A stretch of 64,000 nucleotides of DNA from Deltaproteobacteria bacterium (lineage in GTDB: Bacteria; Desulfobacterota; Syntrophobacteria; BM002): NCBI GenBank assembly GCA_037384945.1, contig JARRNM010000024.1:5297-69296 (forward strand), read 5' to 3'. Positions 27,061 to 36,342 of the stretch are shown one piece after another. Below the pieces are notes generated by a model. That model was not told the DNA's origin, made no database searches, and was given only the letters and a program-made list of their open reading frames with translations. Every line of letters begins with the position of its first letter. Position 1 is the stretch's first letter. Both the position numbers and the translations under genes were made by a program.

Positions 27061-27446
27061 CCCCCCGTCCTCAACAGAGCCCCCATTAACGATAAATTCA
27101 GACTTTTTTACCTAAAAAATCAGATTTTCTCCGATTGACGCAGATGACGGATGAATGATTAAATTCGAGAGAGCACCTTCAAGATTCTTTCTCTACGATT
27201 GGTAAAAGACAAAGACTATAGGAGGGCATCGGACTAACGCAGGACTGCCTTCTTGATGGATCTGTTTAATTTCCTTTGCTCCGGTGGCACATATCCCTCA
27301 CGGCCTTTACTCAACGAAAGGCAACAGTTTAAATCTGATTGCCAACTTCAGAGTGGGCTGCTTGATATGCTCGCGGGTGTTCATCTCTTTGCTTTTGGAG
27401 AGTCTCGCCAGAGTCCCAGTAATTTTGCGCTTAGAAGGACGGCTCC

Positions 27447-27893
27447 GTGGAAAATTGGCCTAAAAAGATCTGCCACTACTTTTATAGGGAAGAGTGCCCC
27501 CACCAGTTCGTCATAGCCAGGTCGATTTTGATCCCCCAACTACTGGGTCATGCAGAGTTAGAGAGAGTAAGGAAAGTTTGCCGGACCTGCGAAAAGTGTA
27601 GTGGTGAGAGAAGAACCAGCCGGCGAATAAAGAGGCCTCTCAGGGCTACGGTTGACAATGGAATGATAAAAAACATTGAAGGTACCATAGGAGATATAAG
27701 TTCCACCGGTGCGCTCATCAATTTAAACGATTGTCCGCACTTCAAGGTCGGAGAATTTGTAGATGTAAAAATATATTACGATGTGCTACCTGGGCAAACA
27801 AAGCAAGTACTGAGAAACCAGAGCTGTATCATCATGAGGATAGCTGAACAGGGCCATCATCTAGCAGTCATGTTTTTAAAGGAGAATAAATGA
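27447..27893 (+). CDS. PilZ domain protein with Cys-rich N-terminal extension
   Basis: RRIKRPLR ... GDISSTGALI PilZ motifs. The N-terminal part has CxxxxxxxC and CRTCEKC clusters. Confidence 0.7.
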   Translation: MENWPKKICHYFYREECPHQFVIARSILIPQLLGHAELERVRKVCRTCEKCSGERRTSRRIKRPLRATVDNGMIKNIEGTIGDISSTGALINLNDCPHFKVGEFVDVKIYYDVLPGQTKQVLRNQSCIIMRIAEQGHHLAVMFLKENK

Positions 27894-27896
27894 TGC

Positions 27897-28365
27897 GTAG
27901 GGCGGGCGACCCTGCCCGCCATCTGAGTAAACCACAGAGCACACGGAGAACACAGAGAAAAGACAAAAGATTACATTGATATCTTTGTGAACTTTGTGCC
28001 CTTTGTGGTTCTCTCTCTGCTGGCACGTAGCGGCAGGCACGGTGGCCTGCCCTACGAGTCACCGGTCACTTTGTGACCTTCGTGGTTTTTGGTACCGGTT
28101 GTCTGCCAGCTACCCGCCGCAATCCTTTTGAGCAATGAAGCGACTCCTTGTCTTGAACTTCCTTGCTCCCGGCCCCATTAGCTGCTGGCCCCAGCGGATG
28201 GGGCTTTTTTTGTAGGGGCAGGCATGTTGGCCTGCCCTATCTCAGAGGCCAGAAGTCGGATGTCGGAGATCAGTCTGACCTCTAATCTTTGCCTGCTGCC
28301 CGCTGCCCGCTGTTTTTCGTGGTTGACAGGAAACAGAAACCTCTTGCCCACTGCCATACCGATCA
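27897..28365. repeat. intergenic word-chain / hairpin repeat region
   Basis: GTAGGGCGGGCGACCCTGCCCGCC, CACAGAG/CACGGAG words, inverted CACAAAG words, GTAGCGGCAGGCACGGTGGCCTGCCCTAC, GTCGGA words and CTGCCCGCTG words. Confidence 0.85.
28188..28211 (+). terminator. Rho-independent terminator-like hairpin
   Basis: GCCCCA-GCGGA-TGGGGC stem-loop followed directly by T7. Confidence 0.6.
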
Positions 28366-28479
28366 CTGGATATTTCCGCGAACTCTAGCTATCCTAGAAA
28401 GACAGGACAGCGCCGCAGGTTGCGCCTACAGGACCGGACTACGCATTCACTGAATCTAAACCTTGGGAGATTCGTCATT

Positions 28480-30918
28480 ATGCCGGCCAAAAAGGACAAA
28501 AAGAAGACAGAGACAGAAGTTCCAAATCAAACAAAGAAAGGCAAGAGCGAGGCAAAAAGGCAAAAGGATAAAAATCCCTCCGAACCCGCTGCCCCCATTC
28601 AGTACACTGAAAAAGTTTTTCCCATTGTGGGCATAGGTGCATCTGCCGGGGGGCTGAAAGCCCTGGAGAAGTTCTTTGACCACATGCCGCCGCAGGAAAA
28701 CATCTCTTTTGTGGTCGTGCAACACCTGGATCCGAAACATGAAAGCCTGATGCCCGGGCTGCTGGAAAAGCACACTGAGATGAAGATCTCGACTGCGAAC
28801 AGCGGGCAAAAGATCGAACCCAATCACCTCTACATAAGACCGCCGGGCAGGGACGTGGTTGTCAAAAACCGCACCCTTTATCTGCAGGAGCCCAGCGAGG
28901 GGAGAGGGATCCAGCTGACAATCGATATCTTCTTTCGCTCTCTGGCCGAAGACCTCGGTGAACTGGCCATCTGCATCATCCTGTCGGGCGCCGGCAGCGA
29001 CGGGACCCTGGGTCTCAAATCCATCAAGGGAGAAGGCGGCATGGCGATGGTACAGGAGGAAAAACAGGCGGAATACAATGGAATGCCCCTTAGCGCCATC
29101 AACACCGGCCTGGTAGATTACATACTTCCGGTGGAGAAAATGCCCGGGCAACTCATTACCTACATTCGGCATCTCTCCGAGGTACCTGAAAGGATCGGGT
29201 CCGATGAGGAGAAAACCGAGCAAAGTGTCAACCGAATCCTGACCTCCGTGCGGTTGGCTACCGGACACGATTTCAAGAATTATAAGAGAGGCACCATCCA
29301 CCGGCGGGTTGCGCGGCGCATGGCGGTGCAGCAGATCGGTGAAATCAGTCATTACGCCCAGTACCTGCGGCAAAACCCGGCTGAAATACACGAGCTCTTC
29401 AAAGACCTCCTTATTAATGTGACCAACTTTTTCCGGGATCCTGCAGCCTTCGAGGTTCTGGAGAGAGAAGCACTACCCGAGCTGCTCGAACAAAAGGAAA
29501 AAAAGGAAGAGGAACCCGGCACCCCCCTGCGTATCTGGGTCCCGGGATGCGGCACGGGTGAAGAGGCTTACTCCCTGGCCATGCTCCTGGTCGAGGCCAT
29601 GGAAAGGCAGGTCGACCGGCAGATACGGGAGATGGTTGTCTTTGCCGTGCACGATCTTACCAGGGACCCGCCTTTCTCCCGCCTCGACCTGGTAAGCTGC
29701 AGAAACGTGCTGATCTACATGAATACACCTTTGCAAAAGAAAATAATTCCCCTCTTTCACTATGCTCTCCGGGAAGGTGGTATTCTCTTTCTGGGCTCCT
29801 CAGAAGGAGTTGGAGAGTACACTCAATTATTCGAATTAATAGACCAAAAGCACAGAATTTATCGCAACAAAAAGACGGAGGACCAACACGCTCTCCTTGA
29901 ACAGCTGATCGGTCGAGCCGGCCCGGAGCTCGGCGAGCCGGCAAGAGGTGCAAGAGGGCAGCCAGCCCGAGACGCCAGACAGTCGGAGCTTAATATCCGC
30001 AGGCTGGTAGAGCAGTCCATCATAAGAAAATACGCACCTCCTAGCGTGCTTGTAGACGGTAAATTTCAGATTCTCTACTTTCACGGCGACACCAGCAAAT
30101 ACCTCAAACCACCCCGGGGGGAGCCCAGCTTTGATCTATTGCGAATGGCCACCGAAGGCCTGCATTACACACTGGACAAAGCACTGCTTGAGGTAAAGAG
30201 AGGCAAGAAGCCCCTGACCCTGGAGAATTTGAAAATTCGCGACAACCTTGCATTTTTGACCGTGGACATAGTCTTGACGCCTCTGTTCGAGACCAGGGGC
30301 GGATCCGATCTGATCCTGATTAGCTTCGAAGACAAAACACCTCCGCACGAGATAAGAAGCGAAGAAGACCGAGCAGCAAAAGCAGAGGACTTCGACTCAC
30401 GCTTAACTACAATGCAGAACGAACTTGACGCCACCAGGCAGAAGCTGCAAGCTACCATTGAAGGGCTGCAATCCACCAACGAAGAGCTGGAAACGGTGAA
30501 CGAAGAGTTCCAGCGGAAGAACCTCGAGCTGATAAGGGCCGAAGACGACATGCGCAATCTCTTTCATGCCACTGGAATTGCCACCATTTACCTGAACGAT
30601 GAGCTGCAGATCGTGCGGTTTACTCAGGCTGCAACCACAATATTCAACCTGCGTGAGCAGGATGTGGGCCGCCCTGTTTCCGATATCACCGGCCAGTTCG
30701 ACGCCGGTATCTTGTCCGAAGCGGCAAAGAACGTACTGAAATCCCTGGAAAAGAAAGAATGGGATGTGCCCGGCCAGGACGATCGCTGCTTCTCCGTCCG
30801 CATGCTCCCTTACCGGACAACAGACAACGTCATCGCCGGCGTGGTGATAACCATCATGGAGGTGACCGAAGCCAGAAAGGTGGAGCAGCGGGCGGAAAAG
30901 GCCAAAGCATCCTTCTGA
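28480..30918 (+). CDS. CheB-type methylesterase / CheR-type methyltransferase / coiled-coil / PAS fusion protein
   Basis: CheB-like FPIVGIGASAGGLKAL ... SGAGSDGT. CheR N-domain plus FFRDPAAF and VPGCGTGEEAYSLAMLL. A C-terminal PAS. The SAM-binding domain looks internally shortened. Confidence 0.85.
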   Translation: MPAKKDKKKTETEVPNQTKKGKSEAKRQKDKNPSEPAAPIQYTEKVFPIVGIGASAGGLKALEKFFDHMPPQENISFVVVQHLDPKHESLMPGLLEKHTEMKISTANSGQKIEPNHLYIRPPGRDVVVKNRTLYLQEPSEGRGIQLTIDIFFRSLAEDLGELAICIILSGAGSDGTLGLKSIKGEGGMAMVQEEKQAEYNGMPLSAINTGLVDYILPVEKMPGQLITYIRHLSEVPERIGSDEEKTEQSVNRILTSVRLATGHDFKNYKRGTIHRRVARRMAVQQIGEISHYAQYLRQNPAEIHELFKDLLINVTNFFRDPAAFEVLEREALPELLEQKEKKEEEPGTPLRIWVPGCGTGEEAYSLAMLLVEAMERQVDRQIREMVVFAVHDLTRDPPFSRLDLVSCRNVLIYMNTPLQKKIIPLFHYALREGGILFLGSSEGVGEYTQLFELIDQKHRIYRNKKTEDQHALLEQLIGRAGPELGEPARGARGQPARDARQSELNIRRLVEQSIIRKYAPPSVLVDGKFQILYFHGDTSKYLKPPRGEPSFDLLRMATEGLHYTLDKALLEVKRGKKPLTLENLKIRDNLAFLTVDIVLTPLFETRGGSDLILISFEDKTPPHEIRSEEDRAAKAEDFDSRLTTMQNELDATRQKLQATIEGLQSTNEELETVNEEFQRKNLELIRAEDDMRNLFHATGIATIYLNDELQIVRFTQAATTIFNLREQDVGRPVSDITGQFDAGILSEAAKNVLKSLEKKEWDVPGQDDRCFSVRMLPYRTTDNVIAGVVITIMEVTEARKVEQRAEKAKASF

Positions 30919-30929
30919 AGAAAAAGGAC

Positions 30930-31166
30930 ATGAAGAATGCAGAGCTTTACCAAGTGGGCAAGGGTGAATGGAACATCCCTGAACTGCGAAGCCTTTTGGA
31001 CAGAGTAGTCGAGTCCGGCAAAACCGTAAAAGGTTATAAATTGGAAGCCGAGTTCCCAGGTCTGGGACACAAGGTGCTGCTCCTTGACGCGAATCCCATA
31101 GAGGCAAAGGACGAGCGGCCCGAGATGATTCTGGTCATTATGAGGGAGATTAAGGAACAGGGGTAG
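30930..31166 (+). CDS. stand-alone PAS-like fragment (hypothetical)
   Basis: 78 aa. W.IPELRSLL...GYKLEAEFPGLGHKVLLLDANPI resembles the PAS module usually found at the C-terminal end of CheB/CheR fusions. It starts 12 nt after the upstream stop. Confidence 0.4.
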   Translation: MKNAELYQVGKGEWNIPELRSLLDRVVESGKTVKGYKLEAEFPGLGHKVLLLDANPIEAKDERPEMILVIMREIKEQG

Positions 31167-31450
31167 GTCGGCGGGGAGGGTCGCCCGCCCTACAGTAGGG
31201 CAGCCCACCGTGCCTGCCGCTGAGTCAGTTGTCCTTGATCAGTGGTCCGTTGCAGAAAAACAGCGAGACGAGCGAGACGAGAATCAGAGGTCGGAGGTCG
31301 GAAGTCAGAGATCAAATCGTCAACTAGTCGAATGGTCAAATAGTTCTGAATGGCCTCAGCGGCAATCTAATGGTTTGACTATTCAATCATTTGACCATTT
31401 GACTAATCGACCAATTGACTTCTCTGTGGTCTCCGTGGGCTCTGTGGTTT
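31164..31450 (-). repeat. composite word-chain element, inverted copy of 6705-6986
   Basis: In reverse complement it is collinear with 6705-6986: CCACAGAG, GTCAATTNGTCGATTAGTCAA, ATGGTCAAA, ATTNGCCNCTGANGNNATTCAGAAC..TTTGACC, CGTCTCGCTCGTCTCGC, CAACGGACCAC, GGACAACTGAC. Confidence 0.85.
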
Positions 31451-31479
31451 AAATAATCAACACCACAGGGAGGATAGTA

Positions 31480-33594
31480 ATGTCTAAATTAGACAAAGAA
31501 AAATTTGTCGATCTTCGGGAAAGGGCGGAGCGGGTCCTGACCGAATCTCCTGGAGGGCTCCAAAAGATACCCACAGATGTGCAGGAGCTTATCCATGAGC
31601 TGCAAGTTAGAAGTGTCGAGCTGGAAATACAGAATGAACAGCTCAGGGAAACCCAGCTTGAGCTCCAGCAGTCGCATGACCGGTATGTCGAACTCTATGA
31701 CTTCGCCCCGGTTGGATATCTCACCATGGACAGCAATGGATTTATTGTCCAGGCCAACCTGGCTGTTTGCGCTTTGTTAAAAACACAAAGAAACGTATTG
31801 TTGACTCAGCCATTCAACGATTATGTGAAAGCTTCTCAGCGGAATGAATTTGAAAACCATCTCAGTCTGGTGAGCGCAACCTTGAGCAAACAAACCTGCG
31901 AACTCGAGCTAGTGGCCAGTAATCGCTCGGAGGTCGACGTTGAGATGCTAACGGTTCCCATTGACAGCCCGGATGATGACCATGCACTGTGGTACCGGGC
32001 AATCTTAACCGATATCGGTGAACGGAAGAGAAGGGATGAAGCCTTGCAACAGGCTTATGAAGAACTGGATCTGCGCGTGGAAGAGCGTACCAGAGAACTG
32101 GTGACGATGAATGAGCAGCTGAAAGGGGTCATAAGAAAGCGGGAGCAACTGGCACAGAACCTCCAGTTAGAAGTGGAAGAACGCAAGAAAATAGAGGGAG
32201 TCCTGCGAGAAAGCGAAGAACTTTTCCGGCGCACCTTTGATGAAGCGCCAATCGGTGCGGCGATTATTTCAACGGACTTTCGATTTAAAAGGGTCAACTC
32301 TGCATTGTGCTCCATCACGGGTTATTCTCAAGAAGAACTCGAGTCTCTCAGCTTTATGGATATCACTCATCCTGAGGATAGAGCGGATAGCGGATAACCT
32401 GAAAATGGCCCAAAAACTTGCCTCCGGTGAACTCCGCGATTATCAAGTGGAGAAGCGATACATACAAAAAGAAGGCAAAATTGTCTGGGTGCGTGCCTCC
32501 ATCGAAGTGATGCGAGATGAAGCAGGAGAGCCGATTTATTACCTGCCAATGACGGAGGACATCACAGAAAAGAAAAAGGTAGAGATTAAATTACGTGAAA
32601 GCGAGGAGAAGTACCGCCTGCTGATCCAGAATTTGCCGGGGGTTGTCTACAAGGGACAGAGAGATTGGTCGGTGGAATTCTTTGATGAAAAGGCTGAAAG
32701 GTTTACAGGGTACAAAGTGGAGGAATTTTGTTCCGGCCGGAAAAAATGGTCCGACCTGATCCTGGAAGAGGACTTCGACAGAGCCAAGGAACCACTCGTC
32801 AGGGCTCTTAGGACGGACAGATCCTTCCGGAAAAAATGGTCCGACCTGATCCCGGAAGAGGACTTCGACAGAGCCAAGGAACCATTCGTCAGGGCTCTTA
32901 GGACGGACAGATCCTTTGTCAGGGAATACCGAATAAGATGCAAGGATGGACAAATTTGTTGGGTGCAGGACCGGGGAACCATAGTGTGCGATGAAAAGGG
33001 AGAGATCCTTTCTGTGAACGGCGTTCCAAACTAAGGGTTGATTCAATGAGATATGGGGAAGTATCCAGCAAGATCTCTCCTGAGCTTGAGGCACTAAGTA
33101 GGAATCTCGAGGATGCCATAGAACAGACCCAATCTTTGATATTCAGGCTCAGCCCGCCGGTTCTTTACCAGGTTGGCTTGAGTGAGGCGCTGGAGTACCT
33201 GACCGAGTTGATGGAAACAAGTTATGGTATCCCCATCGCAGTAAGTTCTGAGTTAAACTCTCTGCTGCTGCCTGAAGATGAATCCGTCCTGCTCTTTCGA
33301 GCGGTGCAGGAACTGCTGATAAACATCGTCAAGCACGCTGGAGCCAGCAGATCCAGCGTAACTCTGAAAAGAAGTGATAATCAGGTGCAGGTTGAGGTTC
33401 AGGACGACGGGGTGGGTTTCGATACACGCCTATTATCAGCGCAAGGATCAGTGAAAAAGGGGTTTGGTCTGCTCAATATCCGGGAACGTTTGCACAATCT
33501 CGGTGGACATATGGAGGTTCAATCCTCACCTGGTGGCGGCACCAAGGTTAGCATCACAGCACCGTTGCCAACCGAGACTGGCAATACTCAATAA
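31480..33594 (+). pseudogene. multi-PAS NarL-type (HisKA_3) sensor histidine kinase with multiple lesions
   Basis: Three ORF pieces (31480-32397, 32237-33034, 33046-33594). There is a 7-bp tandem duplication frameshift, a 90-bp tandem duplication, and the H-box is missing ahead of an intact HATPase_c (GVGFD, GFGLLNIRERL). Confidence 0.8.
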
Positions 33595-33607
33595 GCTCAG
33601 GTGGATT

Positions 33608-34261
33608 GTGACAATTAAGATATTTATCGCAGACGATCACAGGATTTTGCGTGAGGGTTTGCGCTCCATGATCGAAATGATAAGCAAGATACAAGTGGTG
33701 GGCGAGGCGGGTAATGGCCGTGAAGCCGTGCGGCTGGCCACGGAGAGGAGGCCGGACGTGGTAATTATGGACGTAAACATGCCAGATTTGAACGGCATTG
33801 AAGCCACGCGGCTGCTGCTTAAAGAGCTGCCCGCTGTGAAAGTGATCGGGCTGTCCATGTACTCTGATAAGCGTTTTGTGGCAGGGATGCTCAAGGCCGG
33901 AGCTTCCGGATACCTGTTGAAGGCCGGCGCCTTTGAGGAACTTGCCACTGCCGTGCAGACCGTTATGGCGGGAGATATTTACCTGAGTCCGAGAGTCACA
34001 GGGGTCGTGATAGAGGATTATGTCGGCCATTTGACGCAAGAAAAATCAGCTCTGACCGAAACGTTGAGTCCAAGGGAGCGCGAGATCCTCCAACTGCTCG
34101 CTGAAGGTAAGTCAAGCAAGGATATTGCCTCTCTCCTGAACGTGAGCGAAAAGACAGTGCACACCCACCGGCAGCATATAATGGAAAAGTTGAATCTGCA
34201 CTCCATTGCCGAACTCACCAAGTATGCCATCAGAGAGGGGATCACCACGGCGGAAAACTAG
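33608..34261 (+). CDS. NarL/LuxR-family response regulator
   Basis: Receiver domain (IFIADDH ... VVIMDVNMPDLNG) plus a LuxR helix-turn-helix (LSPREREILQLLAEGKSSKDIA). GTG start at 33608. Confidence 0.9.
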   Translation: MTIKIFIADDHRILREGLRSMIEMISKIQVVGEAGNGREAVRLATERRPDVVIMDVNMPDLNGIEATRLLLKELPAVKVIGLSMYSDKRFVAGMLKAGASGYLLKAGAFEELATAVQTVMAGDIYLSPRVTGVVIEDYVGHLTQEKSALTETLSPREREILQLLAEGKSSKDIASLLNVSEKTVHTHRQHIMEKLNLHSIAELTKYAIREGITTAEN

Positions 34262-34770
34262 TCAGGTCAAGGCGACACGGTGACAGGGAGACACGGAGAC
34301 GCGGCGATTAGAGATCAGCTGGCAGATTCCAGCGTGCAGCTTGCAGGGCAGGCCACTGTGCCTGCCGCTACATGTCAGTTGTCCGTGGTCAGTGGTCCGT
34401 TGCCACAAAGCGATTATGAATCGTGTTTTTAGATTGAAACCACGCCGGGATGGCGGGGACAGTGCCCCGCCCTACGGCACAAATCCCAAATCCCAAGCAC
34501 CAAATCCCAAACAAATTCTAAATCACAATTCTCCAATGTTCAAAACAGTGTCGTAGAAACCGCAGAAGTCGTAGAAATCGTATAAGTCGTCAATTCAGCT
34601 CACAGGAAGCTTGTCATCTGATCTCTGACTTCCGACCTCCGACCTCTGATCCTCGTCTCGCCCGTCTCGCCCGACCTCCCGTCTCGCCTTACTCCATGCC
34701 CTATGCCCAGTCCCCCATCTCATTTAAAAATCAGCATTTCTGAACCGACAAATCAGACTCCCTCCTATTG
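34262..34770. repeat. intergenic word-chain repeat region
   Basis: GACACGG words, two GC hairpins, AAATCCCAAATCCCAAGCACCAAATCCCAAAC, GTCGTAGAAA words, CCGACCTC words, CGTCTCGCC words and TTACTCCATGCCCTATGCCC. Confidence 0.9.
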
Positions 34771-34914
34771 TGTCACCTCTGGTTCTCATCGATAATGAAT
34801 CCATGCAATACATCCTGAATGGCCCTGGAGTACACGGAATAAGTCCCGCACAATCCTGCTGAGTTTGCTGGCTTTGACAAACTCAGAGAACTTAAAAAAG
34901 GGGTTTCGGCATCC

Positions 34915-35271
34915 ATGGAGATTAAAGTTCAAAAGCTGAGCGGCAAAGCGTTTGTTCAGCTCAGCGGCATCCTGAACGGCAGTACCGCCTGTGAGATAGA
35001 GCAAGTGCTTCAGTCGTTAGCAGAAGGTGGTGGCACCACATTGATCCTTGATTTCAGTGGAGTGGGCGAGGTTGAGCATTTCGGGGCTGTTATCTTTGCC
35101 AAGGTCTTGCGAAGTCAGGGCAACCGGTTTGGCAGTATCACCCTCGCCGGTCTACGACCACCAGCCGAAACAGTTTTCAAACGTTTCGGGCTGAAGTTTT
35201 CTCAAGGGAACGTAGAGCATTCATCAGGGGGAACAACACCGGGGGAGTTCCCTTCGTGGCAAACATTTTGA
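34915..35271 (+). CDS. STAS-domain protein (anti-sigma-factor antagonist-like)
   Basis: LILDFSGVGEVEHFGAVIF resembles the SpoIIAA/RsbV core, but His sits where the phosphorylatable Ser is usually found. Confidence 0.7.
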   Translation: MEIKVQKLSGKAFVQLSGILNGSTACEIEQVLQSLAEGGGTTLILDFSGVGEVEHFGAVIFAKVLRSQGNRFGSITLAGLRPPAETVFKRFGLKFSQGNVEHSSGGTTPGEFPSWQTF

Positions 35272-35618
35272 TCGTAGACAGCTACCATGCCGTAAACTTG
35301 CTCTATCAAGAGGTGCTGAAGGAACACGGCCACAATGTTTTCCCGGCTACCTCCGGAAAGGAAGCGCTTCTTGTTGCCCTAGATAGAACCATAGATATAG
35401 CGGTGGTAGAGGATAGGCTGCCTGACTTCAGTGCGGACGAAGTATTCATCAGATTGAAACTGCTTCAGCCTCATGTGCGGGGCATACTCAGCGTTTCGAG
35501 TATTTTCGGCTCCACCCCAGACGGGGAAAGGTGGGATGGATTAATCGGCAAGAGCTCCGATTACACCTTACTGAGAGCAGAGGTCGATAGACTGGCCGGG
35601 CTGGGGAATGCCACCTAA
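35256..35618 (+). CDS. receiver-like (pseudo-receiver) domain protein
   Basis: ILIVDSY ... DIAVVEDRLPD ... GILSVSS ... GKS. The fold markers are present but the acceptor position aligns with Glu. GTG start overlaps the STAS gene by 16 nt. Confidence 0.6.
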   Translation: MANILIVDSYHAVNLLYQEVLKEHGHNVFPATSGKEALLVALDRTIDIAVVEDRLPDFSADEVFIRLKLLQPHVRGILSVSSIFGSTPDGERWDGLIGKSSDYTLLRAEVDRLAGLGNAT

Positions 35619-35778
35619 AGTGGGCGTCCTGCAAGGCGCATTTTGGGATTCCTGCTCCTTGATCAGAGCAGTAGATGAGCTCCGCCGGAATACTTTTCAG
35701 GGGGATTACAGCCGAAGGAAATGATTTTGCTGAGTTGATAGGCACGTCACTAGTAGATAGATAAGGAGGGAACGCATC

Positions 35779-36018
35779 ATGCCAAGAACCAGTCCGAATC
35801 AAGATGTGAATGAGATGACCGACTCCTTGATGATAGATTTGTTCAAGAAAATAATACTTGAAGCGAAACTGGATCTACAGGAGTTAAGCGGGAGCTGGGA
35901 AGAAGCCAGTGAATTCCTGCGGATTCATTTCGGTAAATTGAGCCGGGTGATGATGAACAACCAGGGTACCCTGCACCGATTGTACCAGGATTCCATTACT
36001 GAACTGAGAAAGGCATAA
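35779..36018 (+). CDS. hypothetical small helical protein
   Basis: 79-aa ORF preceded by AAGGAGGG. First gene of a tight 3-gene set. Confidence 0.45.
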   Translation: MPRTSPNQDVNEMTDSLMIDLFKKIILEAKLDLQELSGSWEEASEFLRIHFGKLSRVMMNNQGTLHRLYQDSITELRKA

Positions 36019-36025
36019 GCCACTC

Positions 36026-36325
36026 ATGGATTTGAGAAAACCCGAGCCGGTGAATCTACCAGGAAAGAAACACACTGAATGCCCATTCTATGATTGCTGT
36101 CTTGACCAAGCAGCCCAGGGCTGGTGGGATTGGTGGAGCTGTGGAAACTGCAGGAATTATCTTTTGAACGAGGTTGAGAAACGACTGCAATATATTGGTC
36201 AGGACTATGGTTATTTGTTTCAAATTTACCCGGAATTAAAGGATAAATACGAGCGTTTTTTGCAGAGGTTCAGGTACCAGGTGAAGGAGATTTCAGCAGC
36301 AGACTGCCGCACCGTTGGTTGTTGA
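36026..36325 (+). CDS. hypothetical Cys/Trp-rich protein
   Basis: 99 aa with HTECPFYDCC ... WWDWWSCGNC, a putative metal-binding cluster. Starts 8 nt after the previous stop. Confidence 0.5.
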   Translation: MDLRKPEPVNLPGKKHTECPFYDCCLDQAAQGWWDWWSCGNCRNYLLNEVEKRLQYIGQDYGYLFQIYPELKDKYERFLQRFRYQVKEISAADCRTVGC

Positions 36326-36342
36326 GTAATGGAGAGTGCCTC

